DNA of 64,000 nt from contig NIVC01002162.1 in assembly GCA_002269645.1 (NCBI GenBank), positions 133,564-197,563 of the forward strand, given 5' to 3'. The DNA comes from Macrostomum lignano (lineage: Eukaryota). Below are positions 13,697 through 26,003 of the stretch, piece by piece. The position numbers and the translations under genes were made by a program. Positions within the stretch are counted from its first letter, which is position 1. Each line of letters opens with the position of its first letter. The notes beneath the pieces were generated by a model, which searched no databases, was not told the DNA's origin, and saw only the letters and a list, made by a program, of their open reading frames with translations.

Positions 13697-13904
13697 GCAA
13701 ATATTTATATTTGTAATTAATTTAGGGGTGGGTGCAGAGTAAGGGGTGGCTGACTTCAGGTGCGCGACTTAAAGGTGAGACATAGGCGAGGTGGAGGTAA
13801 CCTTATCTCAAACCCCCTTAGAAGCATCGACTGATAAGAATTCACGATAGTGTACATAAAGTGCGTAGATTATGTAAGAGTTTTGAAATTTTAAGCAATG
13901 ATGC

Positions 13905-14026
13905 TCATCGGAAGTCAGAGTTTAAGGCGATGGCCTAATTGACAGTCGCGGCTACCGCCTGGTTTGTAAATTGCGCTACCGCTGCTTGTGTCAAAGGCCA
14001 TTGCCTTAAACTCTGACTTCCGATGA
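13905..14026. repeat. Inverted repeat with about 40-bp arms (hairpin)
   Basis: TCATCGGAAGTCAGAGTTTAAGGCGATGGCCTAATTGACA pairs with TGTCAAAGGCCATTGCCTTAAACTCTGACTTCCGATGA. Confidence 0.85.
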
Positions 14027-14599
14027 ACCCTCCATTAAATACAAAAAAAGATTTTGTAAAAAAATTGGCTGATAAGGCAATGACAAACAAAAAATTGACT
14101 TTTTTTTCTATTTTCAAAATATGTCCATCTTATATGGAATGGGCCAAAAGCATCTTTTAATCTAGACAAATGAGTTAAAAAAATGTAACAAAATTTAAAT
14201 TTATATCTTGGAATTATGCTAAAAAATGTATACTGCATGTTTTAAGGATATTTTCTATATAAACAATATTACAAATAAAACTAAACTACAATAAACAAAA
14301 TAATTATAAATTGAATATTTTTAAATGGCTCCTATCACTAAAATGAACACTTGTAGAATCTTTTATTTTTTAGTAAAGCCAAAGCAAAGTGTAGTACATT
14401 TATCATAAAAACAACTTGTCACTATAACAATATATATGCTAGGCCCTATATTTGTGTGGCATGTCTTCTAGAGACCCCGTGACTTGGCCTTGTCAGCCTT
14501 GTAGACTAGAATATATTCAAGAATTCTCTGTGATTATAGCAAAGACCATCTTCTTTACTATATAGGGTGCTAGGCCCTAATCAATTCAATGAAAAATAA

Positions 14600-15490
14600 A
14601 TTTGATTTGACAGATTTATAATAGACACAGGGCCTATCAACTTAAGCTTATAGAGTGGAGCCTAAATAACATGTATACAAATAATTGTGTCATTCTTGGG
14701 ATAATTACAATAACACTAAAAAGCAGCTTTTGGCAAAAAAGCAACAAATATTAGACTTAAGACAACAAGAAAGGGGATAATTAGCAATTATTATGTCAAC
14801 TTAAGCTTATAAAGTAAAGTCCCTAATTATCTTTTTGTTTGTTCTCCTCTATCCCAAGTCCAATTTTTGTTGCTTTTTTGTCAAAGCCTGCTTCTTAGTG
14901 TCATTGTGAGCTGAATGATGTATCACTTGTATGCACAGGTTACTTGGGCTCCACTTGATGAGCCTAAGTTGATGGGTCCTTTATTGACAATCTAGTCAAT
15001 TTTGTAACAATGAAAGAAGAAAAATGAAGGAAGAAAGGAAAGAAAGCTTGAAATTTATGCTTAAAAATTAACCTCTAGTATATGTGTGTAAGGGGGTTTT
15101 GGTGTTTTACAAGCTCTATCTGAAATTGATCACTATCTCAATATATGGCTAGCTTTGGTTCACAATCATTTACATGTATTTCTTCTATTTAAATGATTGT
15201 GTACCAAAGCTGAGGGGGTGTCAAAGACATATATAGTCACATATATTTATTTGTTTGACTGGGACTTGTTAGTGATTGAAATGTCATCTTGAGTTAACGT
15301 GTGCTCCCAAGTAACTTGATGCTTTATTATTCTCTGCACGCTGCTACCCCCCTCAGTTTTGGTTTACAATCATTTAGATATAAGCAATATATGTAAATGA
15401 TAATGAACCAAAGCTAGCCATGTATTAAGATAGTGATTGATTTCAGATAGAGCTGGTAAAACACTAAAACACCATTACACACATAGGCCC
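14600..15490. repeat. Two adjacent diverged long inverted repeats
   Basis: About 14600-14785 versus reverse complement of 14820-15005, and about 15080-15220 versus reverse complement of 15345-15485. Confidence 0.7.
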
Positions 15491-16194
15491 TACACTAGCT
15501 TCAGTTCAGGATCATTTATATATATATATAAACTGAAGTGGATATATAGGATTATCTTCTTGGATTCAATTTTAGAAATTGAATTCATGCACTAATGCCT
15601 TTACACACACGCTAGCTTTGGTTCATGATCATTTATATGTATTGCTTCTGTTTAAATGATTGTAAACCAAAGTGGATATATAGGATCCTCGTCATCGCCA
15701 TGCCATGAAAGAAACCATGCCATTTGTTGGCTATTCTATTCAGTTTTTTCTAATGTAACAAATAGGGGGCCTAAGCTCAGTTTAACCATTTTTGTTTATT
15801 TCAAGCAAGCTATGATCATTTATATGAAAAATTACATGGGGATTGTGATCCAAAATGTGGGTGGAAAAATGATAGTAAACTGAAGGAATGCCACCCTAGC
15901 CTAGTATTCTAAAAATTAAGGCTAGGCAGTAGGCCTAGGCCTATTTAGTACTTTCTTTTAGTTTATAAATTTATTTAATATTTTTTTTATTTTATAGGTC
16001 TATATAATTGGAATCCTAAGAAGCCATTATGACTATATTACCAAAGCAGGCTAGGGTCTATATCTATATAAATATAACCCATTAAATATTAGGGCCTAGA
16101 AACTGGACCTTGCTATTTATATAATATAAATATATACAATTGCTGGCTGACATGGCTAATCTAGCCACTATAAATTAGGCCTATGATAGGCCTA

Positions 16195-16640
16195 GACCAG
16201 GGGTAAGTCGCAAAAATCAAAATGCCCATCCAAAAGAATATAGACATAGCCTACCTAGTACTAATTAGATAGGGCATTTAGCCTTGATAGGATATGCCTA
16301 GGGCTTAGTCATAGTTAGGCAGCTAAGCCTAACAAGAAGTCAAAGAGTAGGCCTAAGCCGCATTTTTTTAGTTTTTTGTTTTTTGGGGGTTGAAAAAAAA
16401 AACTTTTCTTTTTTAAAAATTATGTTTGTTTTTTTCAGGATTTGGGTTTTGTATTTTATGAGTAAATATAGATTGCGGCTTAGGCCTACTCCTTGACTTC
16501 TTGTTTAGGCCTAGTCAGGAGTTTTGCTTTTTAGGTTAGAATTTCTGCTTTAGGGACCTAAGGTTTCTTTCATGGGTAAGTCACATTTTTGGTCAATCAA
16601 AACATAAGTTGCATGGCCATTGTAAATCTGGGGGGGGGGG
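16195..16640 (+). repeat. Dispersed repeat related to 9425-9640, with an internal inverted repeat
   Basis: Shared blocks as at 9425; AAGAAGTCAAAGAGTAGGCCTAAGCCGCA (about 16333) pairs with TGCGGCTTAGGCCTACTCCTTGACTTCTT (about 16474). Confidence 0.5.
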
Positions 16641-18186
16641 GGTTGCATATAGATGGTATAATAGCACTAATAGGTCAAAAAGCATGACTCAAATTTTCAG
16701 GCCAGGCCATGGCTGAGAGGGACCCTGGCCCCCTTTGGCCTCCCCAGATGCTAGGCCCTACTTCTTTAGGCCTTGCCTATAGGCCTAACGTTTCTCTAAT
16801 TAACTTCAAACTTGTGCAGCCAAATACATTGCTAGAAAACACTAAAAATTAAATACCACTAGGCCTATATCATTTAACCTTGTAAAAAACCTTTACAGCT
16901 AAAAATAAAAATTGAACTAGACCTAGTGTGCTAAAATCAGAAAATTCAAAAGGTGTTAAGAATAAGACTTGATGTACTTTAATTACTGTAAGCACACTTT
17001 AAATGTTCGATAGTTAAATTAAAATAAATAGGACCAAGGCCAAGGGCAAAGATTCAAGGCTACAGCGTACACGGTCATCATTATCGCTAATAAGCGCGTT
17101 CAAACGTGTCAAACAATTGTTTTAAATGAATTACATTGCCATTACACAAAGTCACAAAGACATCTATAGCCAAGGACTGATTCTATGAGTTGCATTCTTG
17201 AAATCAAAGTGGTAAACCGTGGAAATTAAAAAATCACTAAGTTCATAAGCTAAGCCAAGTTCATATAATAAAAATAAGTACATTTTTTGAATGCGTGCTG
17301 CTCAATTTTTTTGTTTAGTATTTTTTATTAAAAGTAGAGCATGTTTCCATTTTTTATTTATTCGTTTGCTGGTACCTTGATTTTTGTTAAATACTTAAAT
17401 AGGTTTTGTTTAAGTGTGCTTAAATTATAAATATTTAAATTGTGTTTTTCACTCCAACTGAGTGGAACGGACTTCATGTGCAATTTCACCGTGAGCAGTT
17501 TGGTCAGTAGTAATTTAGGAAATAAATCACGTGAACTACGAGGAACATGATCCAGTCAACTAATCAATTGTTCAACTACCATGGAAGGCATGGAGCCGAA
17601 TATGTATTGCCTGTTTAGTTGACATACATGTATGTACATGCAAGTACATAAAAACCCAGTTTTAGTTTTTTGATTGATGAAATATTTACCCAGTGGATAT
17701 TTTTGAGTGCTCAGCTGTTCTGATAAACCTGACATGTATGAACTTCAAAGCACAGACAAAAGAAAACATACATGTACGAGTAGCTACATATAGTAACTTT
17801 ACGCTCAAACCGAATGATGTAGAAATAGTGCTTTTAGAACCTGGATAATACAGTACGAGTACATGTAAATTAAGATTTTTAATCTTATTTAAGATAGGCC
17901 CTTGAAACGAGCGTACACTGTAAGTCGTATTGAAGTATGCATTACATTTTTTGATTTCGCAACCTGCCAATCAAGTGACACAATACTGGCAAGTAAGGAA
18001 GTTAACGTTAGTAAAAATGCTGATAATGTAAATGCCTAACCAGTGTATTTAGCTTCATCATTGAAACTTATAAATAACGTTATACATAGCTACCACACAG
18101 ACGCATTACATGCACCTGATGTTTAACAACATTAAAATAAATAAAAAGCAACAAACAAACCGCTAAGTTAAAATTAATAGCAACCA

Positions 18187-21100
18187 TCACTGCCCAGAGG
18201 TGAGAGTTACCAGTAGATCTTCAGCATCATCTGGCAGAGGCGGCAACAGAGGCTGCTGTTGCTGCTGCTGGGTTGGTATTAAATTCGAAGCCAATTCTTC
18301 ATCATCAACATCTTCGTCGTCTTCCTCATCCAAATCGTCATCGTCGCCCTCTTCATCTAGTTCGGCATCGTCAATGGCGGTTTCGTTGGCTGTGGCTGCA
18401 GCGGCAGAATCAGCAGCGGTGGTGCCAGTCGAAGACGCGGAGGCGGCGCTGTCAGCGGAGGCGGCCAGGACCGCACGCGGCAGCAGGCGCCTCACGTGCT
18501 CTCTGAAAAGCGTCACGTTTAATGCCTTGCGTCAATCCGCTATAGCTATACTCAGTGCAAAATAGATGAGATTATGCTCAGATTATGCGGATCAGCTTGT
18601 GTGAATGTCAACTTAAGCTAAGGACCCGAGTGACTGCACAATCGATAACTTTCTGGACCCAGTTGACTAGAAACGACGAGACCCGGTCCCTTTCCTTAGT
18701 AAGGCCTTAGTATCTAGTCGTTGCCTTGAAGGAGCTTCCATTCCATGAGTCCCAAGTTAAACATTGAATCCCTTCTTGAGTACTTTCCTTGGGTTCCTAA
18801 AGTATTTTGAACTTCATTCCAACGCTTAAATTGACATCCGCTTTTACAGACTCGAAATTTTGCAAGTGACCTGTAAGACGTCTTTGATGACGTGCAATTC
18901 TGAGCGTCAGCAAGGGTATCAACTCGAGACTGGATTTGGCTTACTTTTCGGGATAATTAAATTGTTTCTAGTAATCTTCCTTTTCTGGATTCTTACATGG
19001 AACTCTGCAGGGTGGATTTTGACCCTAACATCAAACCAAATGTCTGGATTCTGACCCTGACATCAAACTTAATGTCTGGATTCTGACCCTGACATCAAAC
19101 CGAATGTCTGGATTCTGACCCGGATACCAAACTTAATGTCTGGATTCTGACCCGGACATCAAACCGAATGTCTGGATTCTGACCCGGACACCAAGCTTAA
19201 TGTCTGGATTCTGACCCTGACATCAAACCGAATGTCTGGATTCTGACCCGGACACCAAGCTTAATGTCTGGATTCTGACCCGGACACCAAACTTAATGTC
19301 TGGATTCTGACCCTGACATCAAACCGAATGTCTGGATTCTGACCCGGATACCAAACTTAATGTCTGGATTCTGACCCGGACATCACACCGAATGTCTGGA
19401 TTCTGACCCTGACATCAAACCGAATGTCTGGATTCCTACCCTGACATTTTATCTGCAAGGTACACGTAAAGACGCATAAAGACAATCCAACGAAGAATAA
19501 TATATAAATAAATATGCTACACAACGTTATTTAAAGACTGATAAGTTTACATCGTATTAACATCGTATTACCTGGTCAGCTGTCGAAATTCCGCCATATC
19601 TGACTCCGAGTACCAACCGAAGGTGTCGTGACAAACCGGTTGAATTGGTGCAGCTGCGACGCGTTCGGCAATGGACGGCACGTGAATGTGGCAGAGCTGC
19701 AGGCACAGCTGGCCAACCCGGGGCAGCCGGTCCGGCTCCAGTGAGAACTCCGAACCGGCCGACACCGAGCGGCCGTGACGACGAATTTGACGTACGCGGA
19801 CGTCCAGGCACTGGTAGATCGCAGCACCTTAGGACGGGTGATGAGTTGAGACTTCAAGTTGAATTGAAACTGCTCAAAAGTTGACAGTAGAAATCTGTTC
19901 AGATCCTTCACTTACAGCAGGGGTCGGCAAACTTTTTACCTCCAGGGCCGCATAGAGAACCCAGCGCATGACTGCAGGCCAGAGGGGGGAGAGGAGAAGG
20001 AACAGAAGAAGAGAACTAGGAGAAATCAGAGGTGAGGGAATAAAGGAAGAGAGTTGAGAGGAGAGGAGAGAGGAGAGGGGAGGAGAAAGAGAAGAGAAGG
20101 AGAAGAGAGAGGAGTAAAAAGGAGAGGAGAGGAGAGGAGAGGAGAGGAGAGGAAAGGAGAGGAGAGGAGAAGAGAAAGGTGAGAGAAGAAACAAACTTTG
20201 AGCGGGAGGGATTGTGAAGTTTTAAAGAACCCGAGGGCCGGATGTGGCCCGCGGGTCTGAGTTGCCGACCCATGACTTACAGGGGGGGGGGGGGCATCAC
20301 AAACCCGAAAAATCACAACTCCGAAATTAATAGCAACACACATCATAAACCCGAAAAATCACAACTCCGAAATTGATAGCAACGCACATCATAAACCCGA
20401 AAAATCATAACTCCGAAATTGATAGCAACGCACATCATAAACCCGAAAAATCACAACTCCGAAATTGATAGCAACGCACATCATAAACCCGAAAAATCAT
20501 AACTCCGAAATTGATAGCAACGCACATCATAAACCCGAAAAATCACAACTCCGAAATTGATAGCAACGCACATCATAAACCCGAAATATCATAACTCCGA
20601 AATTGATAGCAACGCACATCATAAACCCGAAAAATCACAACTCCGAAATTGATAGCAACGCACATCATAAACCCGAAAAATCATAACTCCGAAATTGATA
20701 GCAACGCACATCATAAACCCGAAATATCATAACTCCGAAATTGATAGCAACGCACATCATAAACCCGAAATATCATAACTCCGAAATTGATAGCAACGCA
20801 CATCATAAACCCGAAATATCATAACTCCGAAATTGATAGCAACGCACATCATAAACCCGAAATATCATAACTCCGAAATTGATAGCAACGCACATCATAA
20901 ACCCGAAATATCATAACTCCGAAATTGATAGCAACGCACATCATAAACCCGAAATATCATAACTCCGAAATTGATAGCAACGCACATCATAAACCCGAAA
21001 TATCATAACTCCGAAATTGATAGCAACGCACATCATAAACCCGAAATATCACAAACCCGAAATATCATAACTCCGAAATTTCTAGCAATGTTCAACACTA

Positions 21101-23986
21101 GTTTGGTTTTCGGAGTTATGATATTTCGGGTTTGTGATTTTTCGGGTTTATGATGGCGACCCTTTACAGGGTCCTTACTAGCTTTCTCAAATGCTTCAGG
21201 GGGTCCTCAATTAATCCTTTCAGATCGTTTCCCATCTTACTGTTAGAAGCTACTTCTCAAATCCTTTCAATGGTCCCCGCTACCATCAGGTCCTACCTGA
21301 CCTGACCTCAGGGTCAGGTCCTATAATGGACGCTGTTTAGTCACCAGATCCCACCCCAAGAAAACAATGAGAAGCCCACCTGACTCAACAATGGGATTAT
21401 ACCCAAAGCGCAGCCACAGATGATGCCAAGGCCCTCTGTACATGTGATAGGCCTTAGCCTTGATCAGCAGTTTAGCCTGGCTCCTATTAGCAATATCGCG
21501 TAGGCAATGAGACACGTAGGCAATCGATATAATGGGAGTTTCAGCTAACAGCTGGTCTAAACGTTCCAGCACGCGCTGCGATCGAAGGTCTCTCAGCCTG
21601 GTCACTTGGGCTTCAATCTCAGGCGTGGGGCCGGTGGGTGCGCCAGACTTGCGCAGATCCGCCAGAGTGGTCGACACTGTCAGACCGCAGCGACTCTTTC
21701 TAGTGAACATGCGCGGTCCAGCGACGTCAGGATCGGCAACGGAGGCGGCGGCCGCTTGAGGTCCAGAATCCTCGGGATCGAAGCGCATCGGCTCCCAGAG
21801 TCGATAGTCGCTTTGCGCGTCCGGCCGCGATAACGGCATAGTGACGAGGTGCAGCGGTACATCATCGCGACAGAACCAGTCTTCTACCTGGCGGTTTTTG
21901 GGGATAGGGGATTAAATTATTTTTGAGCTGATCGGCTCCACTACGGAAATCCAAATGTGCCATTTTGAAACACGATTGCGCCATTGTTAAATCCAAATGT
22001 GCCATTTTGAAACACGATTGCGCCATTGTTAAATCCAAATGTGCCATTTTGAAACACGATTGCGCCATTGTTAAATCCAAATGTGCCATTTTGAAACACG
22101 ATTGCGCCATTGTTAAATCCAAATGTGCCATTTTGAAACACGATTGCGCCATTGTTAAATCCAAATGTGCCATTTTAAAATTCAAATGTGCCATTTTTAA
22201 TCCAAATGTGCTATTTTTCCGTCAGGGTGTGTCACTTTTATATCCAAATGTGCCATTTTTCTATCAGGTGTGCCCTTGTTAAATCCAAATGTGCCACTTT
22301 TCCATCAAGGTGTGCCCTTTTTAAATCCAAATGTGCCATTTTTTCATCAGGGTGTGCCATATTTAAATCCAAATGTACCGTTTTGAAACACGATTGCGCC
22401 ATTGTTAAATCCTAATGTGCCATTTTTATCCAAATGTACCATTTTTATCCGAATGTGCTATTTTTCCATCAGAGTGTGCCATTGTTAAATCCACATGTAC
22501 TATTTTGAAACACAATGTGCCATTTTTAAATCTTAATGTGCCATTTTGAAACACGATGTGCCATTTTTAAATCAAAATGTGCTATTTTGAAACACGATTG
22601 CGCCATTTTTTAAAATAAATGCGCCATTTTGAAGTCCAAATGTGCCATTTTGAAACACGTTTGTGCCACTTTTAAATCCAAATGTGCCATTTTTAAACCG
22701 AAAGTGAAAACAACAATAAATCTTGTCACATGAGCACACAGCGCACCTGATCAAGCGGTCTCGAAGGTACCAAATCGTCGTACAGGTCGCGATACTGTTC
22801 GAGATTTGGCCCGGACCGAATAAATGTCAGATATTGCAAATCTGCCAGACCATTGAATTCGTAGGTGCAGCCGCTTTGACCAAGGCATTCGATTTGAAAG
22901 CGTTCATCGCCTGTGACTTTGTGCCGCTGTCTGCAGGGAACGGTTTATGCACTCTTTATCAAGGAGGGCTTACAAACCAATTTAAAAGTATAATAATTAT
23001 GCTGAATATCAGAAGGGCTAAATAGCTCAGCGGTTAAGCCGTTTGTTTGACTGTTTCGCACGCAGAGTTCCCTGGGTTCTATTAAGCTTTGTGCAAGGAT
23101 ATATTCATGTATTTAGCCTGGCCACCAGTTGTGAGACCAATTTCGCTTACTATAGTGTACAACATAGCTAAGAAAACGTTATAACAAAACGACTACATAA
23201 AACATGCGTCGGCAACTCGGGCCCGCGGCCCACATCCGGCCCGCAAAGCCTCTATATCCGCCCCTCGGGTTCTTTAAAACTTCACAATCTCTCCCGCTCA
23301 AAGCTTGTGTCTCTTCTTAGCTTTCTTCTCTCACCTTTCTCTTCTTCTCCTCTCTCTTCTCCTCTCCTCCACTCCTCTTCTCTCCTCTCCCTCTTCTCTT
23401 CTCTTTTCTTCGCTCCTCTTCACTCGTCTTCTCTTTACTCCTCTCACTTCTCCTATTTCATCTCCCCTTTCCTCTCCTTTCGTCAACTCTCTTCCTTTAT
23501 TCCCTCACCTCTCATTTTTCCTAGTTCTCTTCTCTGTCCCTTCTCCTCTGTCCCCTCCCCTATTTTTAGCACAATTTAATAAATCTGTTGCTAAAATATT
23601 AAAGCAGAAAAATGCAAAAAACTTTGAAAAATATCGAGATAAAGCATGCCATGCGCACCATTTAAAAAAGCACTCGAGCTACACATTAAAATATATATAT
23701 AACCGCACCTGACTACTCTCAGTACAAAAGCAGCTCGGCTAGTTACGGGATCTGCGACAGCCACTCTAGGCAGAGCATCCTCTGGATTGAATTGCAGCTG
23801 CAGTCTCAGCTGGTGCTGCTGCTGCTGCTGAAGCCGCTGTGGCTGCTGCAATTGAGCAGCAAAAGACTCTGCGAGTTTGTCCAGCCCGCCAAGCATCCGG
23901 ATCGCTCGATCTTCATTGCGAACTATGCCGGGAAATTCCACGGCTAATAGTTGCCGATTGGATAGGGGCACCTCCTGCTGCTGCGA
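18187..23986 (-). CDS. GTF3C5: General transcription factor IIIC subunit 5 (Sfc1/Tau95), 5 exons, about 514 aa
   Basis: Phase-compatible GT-AG exons 23709-23986 (LAVEFPGIVRN...LGG), 22747-22930 (YEFNGLADLQY), 21380-21887 (GPWHHLWLRFGYNP), 19572-19827 (IYQCLDVR...QLC...FGWY), 18187-18502 (acidic tail); no in-frame ATG before the first exon. Confidence 0.92.
19020..19446. repeat. Intronic minisatellite, 32-bp unit, about 13 copies
   Basis: CTGACCCTGACATCAAACCGAATGTCTGGATT. Confidence 0.95.
19918..20274. mobile_element. hAT-type MITE with GA-rich interior
   Basis: Termini CAGGGGTCGGCAA / TTGCCGACCCATG; exact 8-bp TSD ACTTACAG at 19910-19917 and 20275-20282. Confidence 0.9.
20283..21160. mobile_element. 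Foldback-like element whose left arm is expanded into a 46-bp tandem array (about 16 copies)
   Basis: Unit CATCATAAACCCGAAAAATCACAACTCCGAAATTGATAGCAACGCA; reverse-complement copy of the motif at about 21105-21155. Confidence 0.75.
21948..22700. repeat. Intronic minisatellite, 42-bp unit (5 near-perfect copies, then degenerate)
   Basis: AAATCCAAATGTGCCATTTTGAAACACGATTGCGCCATTGTT. Confidence 0.93.
23203..23565. mobile_element. Second, truncated copy of the 19918 hAT MITE in opposite orientation
   Basis: Starts CATGCGTCGGCAACTC...CACATCCGGCCC...GGGTTCTTTAAAACTTCACAAT, then CT-rich body; other TIR missing. Confidence 0.85.
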
Positions 23987-24059
23987 CTGCAATTACGCAA
24001 TATATAAATAAAACTGCTTTGCAAAGTTTACTTTCGATACATATCGGATCAATCCAAAA

Positions 24060-24290
24060 TTCACGCTCACATAGGGTGTACAGCGGCACTTTGACTTTCC
24101 AGTCGTCAGGCATGTACACTCTCAGTGCATTGGGGGTTGTTTCTCGTGGATGTGCATCGCGCTATAACCCTCTTCGGCCAATTTTCGTGTACTAAAAACC
24201 CCAAATGAATGCGGCCGCGCACGGAATCGAACCAGGGGCCACGGGGCGAGAGTAAAAAATTGCGTCTACTGCTGAGCTGAGCTGAGCTAC
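24060..24290 (-). mobile_element. tRNA-headed SINE family A
   Basis: A-box-like GTAGCTCAG, B-box GGTTCGATTCC, then body GAGAGTGTACATGCCTGACGA...GCCGCTGTACAC. Confidence 0.75.
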
Positions 24291-25074
24291 AAACAAAACA
24301 AAAAAACGAATACGAAAAATAGCAAAATAAATTAGAAGTTTTACCCTCTATGCAGGTAAGCCTACCCTTACAACTAGTAGAATATTCTAAGAAACGCCTA
24401 TTATAGCCCATCGCAAAAACAAAAAATAACAAAACTTCATTATAACATAATTGTGCTCAACCAAAAAAGAGAGAAAATTAGTTTGCACAAAACTCGAGTA
24501 AGAAATACTTGAATAATAAGTTTATTTTTATAATAAATTCGTCCAAGTGCTTAAGGAGTCTAAAAGAGATTTGAGTAACACTATTACAATTTATTTTTTT
24601 AAAGTTATTAAAGTTAGACAAATCACAGATCAAAAATGGTACACAGCGTAAACTTTAAGTAAAATTGTGGACAGAAAGGAAATCTAAATTTTAAGGTAAT
24701 TATGTAATGTAATTAGAAGCTCCGCTTCGCTGTTTTCATTACTCATAATCTTTAGTTGGTATCCGTATAGTTTAAATAACAAATTATTAGACAAAGCTAT
24801 TAAATAATAACAGAACTCTTTAGATGCTAGTAAAGAAGATTTACTAGTCAATTATTAACAAGTATTTAGAGTTGTTTGAAAACATTACTGCAATCGTTTC
24901 CTTCAAACTTAATTCACTATCTTTTCCATTGCTAAAGAAGTATAACAAGTTCCTACTTTCAGTTTAGTAGCAGGGAAGCATACGTAAGCTATTTTGTAAA
25001 AATAAGGCTGTTAAAACGACTGCGGAGCTTGCAGACTTGATGTAAACAGTGCATTAGCCCAGCCTGGTACACTG

Positions 25075-25660
25075 GGGAAGGCAATAAAAATTGGGTGGCG
25101 GGGCGGGGGTAGAGATTTTGTCTTGAACGGCGCAGTAGGGGGTTCAGTTGGGGAGGATGGTAAGAAAAAAACTGGGGTGGCGGGGCGGGGTAGAGATTTT
25201 GTCTTGAACGGCGCAGTAGGGGGTTCAGTTGGGGGAGGATGGTAAGAAAAAAACTGGGGGTGGCGGGGCGGGGTAGAGATTTTGTCTTGAACGGCGCAGT
25301 AGGGGGTTCAGTTGGGGGAGGATGGTAAGAAAAAAACTGGGGTGGCGGGGCGGGGTAGAGATTTTGTCTTGAACGGCGCAGTAGGGGGTTCAGTTGGGGG
25401 AGGATGGTAAGAAAAAAACTGGGGGTGGCGGGGCGGGGGTAGAGATTTTGTCTTGAACGGCGCAGTAGGGGGTTCAGTTGGGGGAGGATGGTAAGAAAAA
25501 AACTGGGGGTGGCGGGGCGGGGTAGAGATTTTGTCTTGAACGGCGCAGTAGGGGTTCAGTTGGGGGAGGATGGTAAGAAAAAAAACTGGGGGTGGCGGGG
25601 AGGGGGTAGAGATTTTGTCTTGAACGGCGCAGTAGGGTTCAGTAGGGGGAGGGGAGGTAA
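25075..25660. repeat. G-rich tandem repeat, 82-84-bp unit, about 7 copies
   Basis: GGTAAGAAAAAAACTGGGGGTGGCGGGGCGGGGTAGAGATTTTGTCTTGAACGGCGCAGTAGGGGGTTCAGTTGGGGGAGGAT. Confidence 0.95.
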
Positions 25661-26003
25661 GAGGTCCAGGCTAATAAACGAGTTCTGTTATAAAATATAA
25701 TAAAATGTTCATGCTTATTTAACTTTTTACTTCACTGAATTTAAGAGGAACAGCCCGATCGCGCGCCTTTCCCGCTGCGTCCCTCCCGAGACTGCCCTAC
25801 AGCTAAAGAACTGAAAGTAGCTTGCTTGCACGCAAATGCGCTGATTGCGCCTAATCTAGTTATTATACATGAACTATTATTGTCTGGGATCCCCTTCAAT
25901 GCATGTACAATATACGCATATGATAGTTAAGTTGCAAAAGAAACCAGAGTAGCAAAAAAAGACAACAGTGGTTATATGTGTAGATAAAAGACACACGAGT
26001 CTG

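Noticed and set aside
24200-24290. Functional tRNA gene, or TFIIIC autoregulation through a B-box upstream of GTF3C5
   Set aside because: No full cloverleaf; it is the head of an abundant SINE, so proximity is likely chance. Same for tRNA-like pieces at 927, 37585, 53570, 60586 and 63144.
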